Positions 1 through 12,800 of a stretch of 64,000 nt of DNA are shown piece after piece. Positions within the stretch are counted from its first letter, which is position 1. Each line of letters begins with the position of its first letter. The notes under the pieces are model-generated. The model saw only the letters and a program-made list of their open reading frames with translations, searched no databases and was not told where the DNA came from. A program made the translations under genes and the position numbers. Origin of the DNA: Eledone cirrhosa (lineage: Eukaryota); the NCBI GenBank assembly GCA_964016885.1, contig OZ024740.1:22692001-22756000 (forward strand), written 5' to 3'.

Positions 1-3000
1 GAGTATAGACGGTCAACTACAGTGTATAGGTGGTAGATGTAGAGTATAGAGGGTCAATTGCAGTGTATAGGTGGTAGATGTAGAGTATAGACGGTCAACT
101 ACAGTGTATAAGTGGTAGATGTAGAGTATAGACGGTCAACTACAGTGTATAGGCGGTAGATGTAGAGTATAGACGGCCAACTACAGTGTATATGTGGTAG
201 ATGTAGAGTATAGACGGTCAACTACAGTGTATAGGTGGTAGATGTAGAATATAGACGGTCAACTACAGTGTATAGATGGTAGATGTAGAGTATAGACGGT
301 CAACTGAAGTGTATAAGTGGTAGATGTAGATTATAGACGGTCAACTACAGTGTATAGGTGGTAGATGTAGATTATAGACGGTCAACAACAGTGTATAGGT
401 GGTAGATGTAGAGTATAGACGGTCAACTCCAGTGTATAGGTGGTAGATGTAGAGTATAGACGGTCACCTGCAGTGTATAGGTGGTAGATGTAGAGTATAG
501 ACGGTCAACTACAGTGTATAGGTGTTAGATGTAGAGTATAGACGGTCAGCTACAGTGTATAGGTGGTAGATGTAGAGTATAGACGGTCACCTGCAGTGTA
601 TAGGTGGTAGATGTAGAGTATAGACGGTCAACTGCAGTGTATAGGTGGTAGATGTAGTGTATAGATGGTCAACTACAGTGTATAGGTGGTAGATGTAGAA
701 TATAGACGGTCTCCTGCAGTGTATAGGTGGTAGATGTAGAGTATAGACGGTCAACTACAGTGTATAGGTGGTAGATGTAGTGTATAGACGGTCAACTGCC
801 GTGTATAGGTGGTAGACGTAGAGTATAGACGGTCACCTGCAGTGTATAGGTGGTAGATGTAGTGTATAGACGGTCAACTACAGTGTATAGGTGGTAGATG
901 TAGTGTATAGACGGTCAACTGCAGTGTATAGGTGGTAGATGTAGAGTATAGACGGTCAACTACAGTGTATTGGTGGTAGATGTAGAGTATAGACGGTCAC
1001 CTGCAGTGTATAGGTGGTAGATGTAGAGTATAGACGGTCAACTACAGTGTATAGGTGGTAGATGTAGAGTATAGACGGTCTCCTGCAGTGTATAGGTGGT
1101 AGACGTAGAGTATAGACGGTCAACTACAGTGTATAGGTGGTAGATGTAGTGTATAGACGGTCAACTGCAGTGTATAGGTGGTAGATGTAGAGTATAGACG
1201 GTCAACTACAGTTTATAGGTGGTAGATGTAGAGTATAGACGGTCACCTGCAGTGTATAGGTGGTAGATGTAGAGTATAGACGGTCAACTACAGTGTATAG
1301 GTGGTAGATGTAGTGTATAGACGGTCACCTGCAGTGTATAGGTGGTAGATGTAGAGTATAGACGGTCAACTACAGTGTATAGGTGGTAGATGTAGAGTAT
1401 AGACGGTCACCTGCAGTGTATAGGTGGTAGATGTAGAGTATAGACGGTCAACTACAGTGTATAGGTGTTAGATGTAGAGTATAGACAGTCAACTACAGTG
1501 TATAGGTGGTAGATGTAGAGTATAGACGGTCACCTGCAGTGTATAGGTGGTAGATGTAGAGTATAGACGGTCAACTGCAGTGTATAGGTGGTACATGTAG
1601 TGTATAGACGGTCACCCGCAGTGTATAGTTGGTAGATGTAGAGTATAGACGCTCACCTGCAGTGTATAGGTGGTAGATGTAGAGTATAGACGGTCAACTA
1701 CAGTGTATAGGTGGTAGATGTAGAGTATAGACGGTCACCTGCAGTGTATAGTTGGTAGATGTAGAGTATAGATGGTCATCTGCAGTGTATAGGTGGTAGA
1801 TGTAGAGTATAGACGGTCAACTACAGTGTATAGGCGGTAGATGTAGAGTATAGACGGTCAACTACAGTGTATAGGTGGTAGATGTAGAGTATAGAGGGTC
1901 AATTGCAGTGTATAGGTGGTAGATGTAGAGTATAGACGGTCAACTACAGTGTATAAGTGGTAGATGTAGAGTATAGACGGTCAACTACAGTGTATAGGCG
2001 GTAGATGTAGAGTATAGACGGTCAACTACAGTGTATAGGTGGTAGATGTAGAGTATAGACGGTCAACTACAGTGTATAGGTGGTAGATGTAGAGTATAGA
2101 GGGTCAATTGCAGTGTATAGGTGGTAGATGTAGAGTATAGACGGTCAACTACAGTGTATAAGTGGTAGATGTAGAGTATAGACGGTCAACTACAGTGTAT
2201 AGGCGGTAGATGTAGAGTATAGACGGCCAACTACAGTGTATATGTGGTAGATGTAGAGTATAGACGGTCAACTACAGTGTATAGGTGGTAGATGTAGAAT
2301 ATAGACGGTCAACTACAGTGTATAGATGGTAGATGTAGAGTATAGACGGTCAACTGAAGTGTATAAGTGGTAGATGTAGATTATAGACGGTCAACTACAG
2401 TGTATAGGTGGTAGATGTAGATTATAGACGGTCAACAACAGTGTATAGGTGGTAGATGTAGAGTATAGACGGTCAACTCCAGTGTATAGGTGGTAGATGT
2501 AGAGTATAGACGGTCACCTGCAGTGTATAGGTGGTAGATGTAGAGTATAGACGGTCAACTACAGTGTATAGGTGTTAGATGTAGAGTATAGACGGTCAGC
2601 TACAGTGTATAGGTGGTAGATGTAGAGTATAGACGGTCACCTGCAGTGTATAGGTGGTAGATGTAGAGTATAGACGGTCAACTGCAGTGTATAGGTGGTA
2701 GATGTAGTGTATAGATGGTCAACTACAGTGTATAGGTGGTAGATGTAGAATATAGACGGTCTCCTGCAGTGTATAGGTGGTAGATGTAGAGTATAGACGG
2801 TCAACTACAGTGTATAGGTGGTAGATGTAGTGTATAGACGGTCAACTGCCGTGTATAGGTGGTAGACGTAGAGTATAGACGGTCACCTGCAGTGTATAGG
2901 TGGTAGATGTAGTGTATAGACGGTCAACTACAGTGTATAGGTGGTAGATGTAGTGTATAGACGGTCAACTGCAGTGTATAGGTGGTAGATGTAGAGTATA

Positions 3001-3869
3001 GACGGTCAACTACAGTGTATTGGTGGTAGATGTAGAGTATAGACGGTCACCTGCAGTGTATAGGTGGTAGATGTAGAGTATAGACGGTCAACTACAGTGT
3101 ATAGGTGGTAGATGTAGAGTATAGACGGTCTCCTGCAGTGTATAGGTGGTAGACGTAGAGTATAGACGGTCAACTACAGTGTATAGGTGGTAGATGTAGT
3201 GTATAGACGGTCAACTGCAGTGTATAGGTGGTAGATGTAGAGTATAGACGGTCAACTACAGTTTATAGGTGGTAGATGTAGAGTATAGACGGTCACCTGC
3301 AGTGTATAGGTGGTAGATGTAGAGTATAGACGGTCAACTACAGTGTATAGGTGGTAGATGTAGTGTATAGACGGTCACCTGCAGTGTATAGGTGGTAGAT
3401 GTAGAGTATAGACGGTCAACTACAGTGTATAGGTGGTAGATGTAGAGTATAGACGGTCACCTGCAGTGTATAGGTGGTAGATGTAGAGTATAGACGGTCA
3501 ACTACAGTGTATAGGTGTTAGATGTAGAGTATAGACAGTCAACTACAGTGTATAGGTGGTAGATGTAGAGTATAGACGGTCACCTGCAGTGTATAGGTGG
3601 TAGATGTAGAGTATAGACGGTCAACTGCAGTGTATAGGTGGTACATGTAGTGTATAGACGGTCACCCGCAGTGTATAGTTGGTAGATGTAGAGTATAGAC
3701 GCTCACCTGCAGTGTATAGGTGGTAGATGTAGAGTATAGACGGTCAACTACAGTGTATAGGTGGTAGATGTAGAGTATAGACGGTCACCTGCAGTGTATA
3801 GTTGGTAGATGTAGAGTATAGATGGTCATCTGCAGTGTATAGGTGGTAGATGTAGAGTATAGACGGTCA
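1..3869. repeat. Higher-order tandem duplication, period 2050 bp (50 monomers)
   Basis: Rare variants recur in the same order at offset 2050: GGGTCAATTG at 51/2101, AGACGGCCAA at 171/2221, GATGGTCATC at 1771/3821. Identity breaks at about 1820/3870. Confidence 0.92.
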
Positions 3870-6800
3870 CCTGCAGTGTATAGGTGGTAGATGTAGAGTA
3901 TAGACGGTCAACTGCAGTGTATAGGTGGTAGATGTAGAGTATAGATAGTCATCTGCAGAGTATAGGTGGTAGATGTAGAGTATAGACGGTCACCTGCAGT
4001 GTATAGGTGGTAGATATAGAGTATAGACGGTCACCTGCAGTGTATAGGTGGTACATGTAGAATATAGATGGTCACCTGCAGTGTATAGGTGGTAGATGTA
4101 GTGTATAGACGGTCAACTGCAGTGTATAGGTGGTAGATGTAGAGTATAGACGGTCAACTACAGTGTATAGGTGGTAGATGTAGAGTATAGACGGTAAATT
4201 GCAGTGTATAGGTGGTAGATGTAGTGTATAGACGGTCAACTACAGTGTATAGGTGGTAGATGTAGAGTATAGATGGTCACCTGCAGTGTATAGGTGGTAG
4301 ATGTAGTGTATAGACGGTCAACTGCATTGTATAGGTGGTAGATGTAGAGTATAGACGGTCAACTACAGTGTATAGGTGGTAGATGTAGAGTATAGACGGT
4401 AAATTGCAGTGTATAGGTGGTAGATGTAGTGTATAGACGGTCAACTACAGTGTATAGGTGGTAGATGTAGAGTATAGATGGTCACCTGCAGTGTATAGGT
4501 GGTAGATGTAGAGTATAGACGGTCAACTGCACTGTATAGGTGGAAGATGTAGTGTATAGACGGTTAACTACAGTGTATAGGTGGTAGATGTAGAGTATAG
4601 ATGGTCACCTGCAGTGTATAGGTGGTAGATGTAGAGTATAGACGGTCAACTGCAGTGTATAGGTGGTAGCTGTAGTGTATAGACGGTCAACTACAGTGTA
4701 CAGGTGGTAGATGTAGTGTATAGACGGTCAACTGCAGTGTATAGGTGGCAGATGTAGAGTATAGACGGTAAATTGCAGTGTATAGGTCGTAGATGTAGTG
4801 TATAGACGGTCAACTACAGTGTATAGGTGGTTGATGTAGAGTATAGATGGTCACCTGCAGTGTATAGGTGGTAGATGTAGAGTATAGACGGTCAACTGCA
4901 GTGTATAGGTGGTAGATGTAGTGTATAGACGGTCAACTACAGTGTATAGGTGGTAGATGTAGTGTATAGACGATCAACTACAGTGTATAGGTGGTAGATG
5001 TAGAGTATAGACGGTAAATTGCAGTGTATAGGCGGTAGATTTAGAGTATAGACGGTCAACAACAGTGTATAGATGGTAGATGTAGTGTATAGACGGTCAA
5101 CTGCAGTGTATAGGCGGTAGATGTGGAGTATAGACGGTCAACTACAGTGTATAGGTGGTAGATGTAGAGTATAGACGGTCAACTACAGTGTATAGGTTGT
5201 AAATGTAGAGTATAGACGGTCAACTGCAGTGTATAGGTGGTAGATGTAGAGTATAGACGGTCTCCTGCAGTGTATAGGTGGTAGATGTAGAGTATAGACT
5301 GTCAACTACAGTGTATAGGTGGTAGATGTAGAGTATAGACTGTCAACTACAGTGTATAGGTGGTAGATGTAGTGTATAGACGGTCAACTGCAGTGTATAG
5401 GCGGTAGATGTAGAGTATAGACGGTCAACTACAGTGTATAGTTGGTAGATGTAGAGTATAGACGGTCTCCTGAAGTGTATAGGTGGTAGATGTAGAGTAT
5501 AGACGGTCAACTACAGTGTATAGGTGGTAGATGTAGAGTATAGACTGTCAACTACAATGTACAGGTGGTAGATGTAGAGTATAGACGGTCAACTGCAGTG
5601 TATAGGTGGTAGATGTAGAGTATAGATTGTCAACTACAGTGTATAGGTGGTAGATGTAGAGCATAGACGGTAAACTGCAGTGTATAGGCGGTAGATGTAA
5701 AGTATAGATGGTCACCTGCAGTGTATAGGTGGTAGATGTAGAGTATAGACGGTCAACTGCAGTGTATAGGTGGTAGTTGTAGAGTATAGACGGTCAACTA
5801 CAGTGTATAGGTGGTAGATGTAGAGAATAGACGGTCAACTGCAGTGTATAGGTGGTAGATGTAGAGTATAGACGGTCAACTACAGTGTATAGGTGGTAGA
5901 TGTAGAGTATAGACGGTCAACTGAAATATATAGGTGGTAGATGTAGAGTATAGACGGTCAACTATAGTGTATAGGTGGTAGATGTAGAGTATAGACGGTC
6001 AACTACAGTGTATAGGTGGTAGATGTAGAGTATAGACGGTCAGCTATAGTGTATATGTGGTAGATGTAGAGTATAGACTGTCAACTACAGTGTATAGGTG
6101 GTAGATGTAGTGTATAGACGGTCAACTACAGTGTATAGGTGGTAGATGTAGAGTATAGACGGTCAACTGCAGTGTATAGGTGGTAGATGTAGAGTTTAAA
6201 CGGTCACCTGCAGTGTATAGGTGGTAGATGTAGAGTATAGGCAGTCAACTACAGTGTATAGCTGGTAGATGTAGAGTTTAGACGGTCACCTGCAGTGTAT
6301 AGGTGGTAGATGTAGAGTATAGACGGTCAACTGCAGTGTATAGGTGGTAGATGTAGAGTATAGACGGTCAACTGCAGTGCATAGGTGGTAGATGTAGAGT
6401 ATAGACGGTCAACTACAGTGTATAGGTGGTAGATGTAGAGTATAGACGGTCAACTGCAGTGTATAGGTGGTAGTTGTAGAGTATAGACGGTCAACTGCAG
6501 TGAATAGTTGGTAGATGTAGTGTATAGACGGTCAATGCAGTCTATTGGTGGTAGATGTAGAGTATAGACTGTCAACTGCAATATATAGGTGATAAATGTA
6601 GTGTATAGGCAGTCAACTACAGTGTATAGGTGGTAGATGTAGAGTATAGACGGTCAACTACAGTGTATAGGTGATAGATGTAGAGTATAGACAGTCAACT
6701 ACAGTGTATAGCTGGTAGATGTAGAGTTTAGACGGTCACCTGCAGTGTATAGGTGGTAGATGTAGTGTATAGACGATCAACTACAGCGTATAGTTGGTAG

Positions 6801-9800
6801 ATGTAGAGTATAGACGGTAAATTGCAGTGTATAGGTGGTAGATGTAGAGTATAGACGGTCACCTGCAGTGTATAGGCGGTAGATGTAGAGTATAGACGGT
6901 CACCTGCAGTGTATAGGCGGTAGATGTGGTGTATAGACGGTCAACTACAGTGTATAGGTGGTAGATGTAGAGTATTGACGGTCAGCTGCAGTGTATAGGC
7001 GGTAGATTTAGAGTATAGACGGTCAACAACAGTGTATAGGTGGTAGATGTAGTGTATAGACGGTGAACTGCAGTGTATAGGCGGTAGATGTAGAGTATAG
7101 ACGGTCAACTACAGTGTATAGGTGGTAGATGTAGAGTATAGACGGTCAACTACAGTGTATAGGTGGTAAATGTAGAGTATAGACGGTCAACTGCAGTGTA
7201 TAGGCGGTAGATGTAGAGTATAGACGGTCACCTGCAGTGTATGGGTGGTAGATGTAGAGTATAGACGGTCTCCTGCAGTGTATAGCTGGTAGATGTAGAG
7301 TATAGACTGTCAACTACAGTGTATAGGTGGTAGATGTAGAGTATAGACTGTCAACTACAGTGTATAGGTGGTAGATGTAGTGTATAGACGGTCAAATGCA
7401 GTGTATAGGCGGTAGATGTAGAGTATAGACGGTCAACTACAGTGTATAGTTGGTAGATGTAGAGTATAGACGGTCTCCTGAAGTGTATAGGTGGTAGATG
7501 TAGAGTATAGACGGTCAACTACAGTGTATAGGTGGTAGATGTAGAGTATAGACTGTCAACTACAATGTACAGGTGGTAGATGTAGAGTATAGACGGTCAA
7601 CTATAGTGTATAGGTGGTAGATGTAGAGTATAGACGGTCAACTACAGTGTATAGGTGGTAGATGTAGAGTATAGACGGTCAGCTATAGTGTATCTGTGGT
7701 AGATGTAGAGTATAGACTGTCAACTACAGTGTATATGTGGCAGATGTAGTGTATAGACGGTCAACTACAGTGTATAGGTGGTAGATGTAGAGTATAGACG
7801 GTCAACTGCAGTGTATAGGTGGTAGATGTAGAGTTTAGACGGTCACCTGCAGTGTATAGGTGGTAGATGTAGAGTATAGACGGTCAACTACAGTGTATAG
7901 GTGGTAGATGTAGAGTTTAGACGGTCACCTGCAGTGTATAGGTGGTAGATGTAGCGTATAGACAGTCAACTACAGTGTATAGCTGGTAGATGTAGAGTTT
8001 AGACGGTCACCTGCAGTGTATAGGTGGTAGATGTAGAGTATAGACGGTCAACTGCAGTGTATATGTGGTAGATGTAGAGTATAGACGGTCAACTGCAGTG
8101 CATAGGTGGTAGATGTAGAGTATAGACGGTCAACTACAGTGTATAGGTGGTAGATGTAGAGTATAGACGGTCAACTGCAGTGTATAGGTGGTAGTTGTAG
8201 AGTATAGACGGTCAACTGCAGTGTATAGTTGGTAGATGTAATGTATAGACGGTCAATGCAGTCTATTGGTGGTAGATGTAGAGTATAGACTGTCAACTGC
8301 AATATATAGGTGATAGATGTAGTGTATAGACAGTCAACTACAGTGTATAGGTGGTAGATGTAGAGTATAGAAGGTCAACTACAGTGTATAGGTGATAGAT
8401 GTAGTGTATAGACGGTCACCTGCAGTGTATAGGTGGTAGATGTAGAGTATAGACGGTCAACTACAGTGTATAGGTGGTAGATGTAGAGTATAGACGGTCT
8501 CCTGCAGTGTATAGGTGGTAGATGTAGAGTATAGACGGTCAACTACAGTGTATAGGTGGTAGATGTAGTGTATAGACGGTCACTACAGTGTATAGGTGGT
8601 GGATGTTGAGTATAGACGGTCAACTACAGTGTATAGGTGGTAGATGTAGAGTATAGACGGTCACCTGCAGTGTATAGGTGGTAGATGTAGAGTATAGACG
8701 GTCAACTACAGTGTATAGGTGGTAGATGTAGAGTATAGACGGTCTACTGCAGTGTATAGGTGGTAGATGTAGACTATAGACGGTCAACTACAGTGTATAG
8801 GTGGTAGATGTAGTGTATAGACGGTCAACTGCAGTGTATAGGTGGTAGATGTAGAGTATAGACGGTCAACTACAGTGTATAGGTGGTAGATGTAGAGTAT
8901 AGACGGTCAACTCCAGTGTATAGGTGGTAGATGTAGAGTATAGACGGTCACCTGCAGTGTATAGGTGGTAGATGTAGAGTATAGACGGTCAACTACAGTG
9001 TATAGGTGTTAGATGTAGAGTATAGACGGTCAACTACAGTGTATAGGTGGTAGATGTAGAGTATAGACGGTCACCTGCAGTGTATAGGTGGTAGATGTAG
9101 AGTATTGACGGTCAACTACAGTGTATAGGTGGTAGAGGTAGAGTATAGACGCTCACCTGCAGTGTATAGGTGATAGATGTAGTGTATAGACAGTCAACTA
9201 CAGTGTATAGGTGATAGAGGTAGAGTATAGACGGTCACCTGCAGTGTATAGGTGGTAGATGTAGTGTATAGACGGTCAACTACAGTGTATAGGTGGTAGA
9301 TGTAGAGTATAGACGGTCAACTACAGTGTATAGTTGGTAGTTGTAGAGTATAGACGGTCTCCTGCAGTGTATAGGTGGTAGATGTAGAGTATAGACGGTC
9401 AACTACAGTGTATAGTTGGTAGATGTAGAGTATAGACGGTCTCCTGCAGTGTATAGGTGGTAGATGTAGAGTATAGACGGTCAACTACAGTGTATAGGTG
9501 GTAGATGTAGAGTATAGACGGTCAACTACAGTGTATAGTTGGTAGTTGTAGAGTATAGACGGTCTCCTGCAGTGTATAGGTGGTAGATGTAGAGTATAGA
9601 CGGTCAACTACAGTGTATAGTTGGTAGATGTAGAGTATAGACGGTCTCCTGCAGTGTATAGGTGGTAGATGTAGAGTATAGACGGTCAACTACAGTGTAT
9701 AGGTGGTAGATGTAGTGTATAGACGGTCAACTACAGTGTATAGGTGGTGGATGTAGAGTATAGACGGTCAACTACAGTGTATAGGTGGTAGATGTAGAGT

Positions 9801-12800
9801 ATAGACGGTCACCTGCAGTGTATAGGTGGTAGATGTAGAGTATAGACGGTCAACTACAGTGTATAGGTGGTAGATGTAGAGTATAGACGGTCTCCTGCAG
9901 TGTATAGGTGGTAGATGTAGACTATAGACGGTCAACTACAGTGTATAGACGGTCAACTGCAGTGTATAGGTGGTAGATGTAGAGTATAGACGGTCAACTA
10001 CAGTGTATAGGTGGTAGATGTAGAGTATAGACGGTCAACTCCAGTGTATAGGTGGTAGATGTAGAGTATAGACGGTCACCTGCAGTGTATAGGTGGTAGA
10101 TGTAGAGTATAGACGGTCAACTACAGTGTATAGGTGTTAGATGTAGAGTATAGACGGTCAGCTACAGTGTATAGGTGGTAGATGTAGAGTATAGACGGTC
10201 ACCTGCAGTGTATAGGTGGTAGATGTAGAGTATAGACGGTCAACTGCAGTGTATAGGTGGTAGATGTAGTGTATAGACGGTCAACTACAGTGTATAGGTG
10301 GTAGATGTAGTGTATAGACGGTCAACTGCCGTGTATAGGTGGTAGACGTAGAGTATAGACGGTCAACTACAGTGTATAGGTGGCAGATGTAGAGTATAGA
10401 CGGTCACCTGCAGTGTATAGGTGGTAGATGTAGAGTATAGACGGTCAACTACAGTGTATAGGTGGTAGATGTAGAGTATAGACGGTCACCTGCAGTGTAT
10501 AGGTGGTAGATGTAGAGTATTGACGGTCAACTACAGTGTATAGGTGGTAGATGTAGAGTATAGACGGTCACCTGCAGTGTATAGGTGGTAGATGTAGTGT
10601 ATAGACGGTCAACTACAGTGTATAGGTGGTAGATGTAGTGTATAGACGGTCAACTGCAGTGTATAGGTGGTAGATGTAGAGTATAGACGGTCAACTACAG
10701 TGTATAGGTGGTAGATGTAGAGTATAGACGGTCACCTGCAGTGTATAGGTGGTAGATGTAGAGTATAGACGGTCAACTACAGTGTATAGGTGGTAGATGT
10801 AGAGTATAGACGGTCTCCTGCAGTGTATAGGTGGTAGACGTAGAGTATAGACGGTCAACTACAGTGTATAGGTGGTAGATGTAGTGTATAGACGGTCAAC
10901 TGCAGTGTATAGGTGGTAGATGTAGAGTATAGACGGTCAACTACAGTTTATAGGTGGTAGATGTAGAGTATAGACGGTCACCTGCAGTGTATAGGTGGTA
11001 GATGTAGAGTATAGACGGTCAACTACAGTGTATAGGTGGTAGATGTAGTGTATAGACGGTCACCTGCAGTGTATAGGTGGTAGATGTAGAGTATAGACGG
11101 TCAACTACAGTGTATAGGTGGTAGATGTAGAGTATAGACGGTCACCTGCAGTGTATAGGTGGTAGATGTAGAGTATAGACGGTCAACTACAGTGTATAGG
11201 TGTTAGATGTAGAGTATAGACAGTCAACTACAGTGTATAGGTGGTAGATGTAGAGTATAGACGGTCACCTGCAGTGTATAGGTGGTAGATGTAGAGTATA
11301 GACGGTCAACTGCAGTGTATAGGTGGTACATGTAGTGTATAGACGGTCATCCGCAGTGTATAGTTGGTAGATGTAGAGTATAGACGCTCACCTGCAGTGT
11401 ATAGGTGGTAGATGTAGAGTATAGACGGTCTCCTGCAGTGTATAGGTGGTAGATGTAGAGTATAGACGGTCAACTACAGTGTATAGGCGGTAGATGTAGA
11501 GTATAGATGGTCAACTACAGTGTATAGGCGGTAGATGTAGAGTATAGAGGGTCAACTACAGTGTATAGGAGGTAGATGTGGAGTATAGACGGTCAACTAC
11601 AGTCTATAGGTGGTAGATGTACTGTATAGACGGTAAATATCAGTGTATAGGCGGTAGATGTAGAGTATAGACGGTAAATTGCAGTGTATAGGTGGTAGAT
11701 GTAGAGTATAGACGGTCAACTACAGTGTATAGGTGGTAGATGTAGAGTATAGACGGTCACCTGCAGTGTATAGTTGGTAGATGTAGAGTATAGATGGTCA
11801 TCTGCAGTGTATAGGTGGTAGATGTAGAGTATAGACGGTCACCTGCAGTGTATAGGTGGTAGATGTAGAGTATAGACGGTCAACTGCAGTGTATAGGTGG
11901 TAGATGTAGAGTATAGATATTCATCTGCAGAGTATAGGTGGTAGATGTAGAGTATAGACGGTCACCTGCAGTGTATAGGTGGTAGATATAGAGTATAGAC
12001 GGTCACCTGCAGTGTATAGGTGGTACATGTAGAATATAGATGGTCACCTGCAGTGTATAGGTGGTAGATGTAGTGTATAGACGGTCAACTGCAGTGTATA
12101 GGTGGTAGATGTAGAGTATAGACGGTCAACTACAGTGTATAGGTGGTAGATGTAGAGTATAGACGGTAAATTGCAGTGTATAGGTGGTAGATGTAGTGTA
12201 TAGACGGTCAACTACAGTGTATAGGTGGTAGATGTAGAGTATAGATGGTCACCTGCAGTGTATAGGTGGTAGATGTAGTGTATAGACGGTCAACTGCATT
12301 GTATAGGTGGTAGATGTAGAGTATAGACGGTCAACTACAGTGTATAGGTGGTAGATGTAGAGTATAGACGGTAAATTGCAGTGTATAGGTGGTAGATGTA
12401 GTGTATAGACGGTCAACTACAGTGTATAGGTGGTAGATGAAGAGTATAGATGGTCACCTGCAGTGTATAGGTGGTAGATGTAGAGTATAGACGGTCAACT
12501 GCAGTGTATAGGTGGAAGATGTAGTGTATAGACGGTTAACTACAGTGTATAGGTGGTAGATGTAGAGTATAGATGGTCACCTGCAGTGTATAGGTGGTAG
12601 ATGTAGAGTATAGACGGTCAACTGCAGTGTATAGGTGGTAGCTGTAGTGTATAGACGGTCAACTACAGTGTACAGGTGGTAGATGTAGTGTATAGACGGT
12701 CAACTGCAGTGTATAGGTGGCAGATGTAGAGTATAGACGGTAAATTGCAGTGTATAGGTCGTAGATGTAGTGTATAGACGGTCAACTACAGTGTATAGGT

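Noticed and set aside
8578-8610. Private 1-bp deletion (GGTCACTAC) and GTTGAG variant
   Set aside because: It is seen once and the paralogous block near 29040 is intact. It cannot be distinguished from a consensus error.
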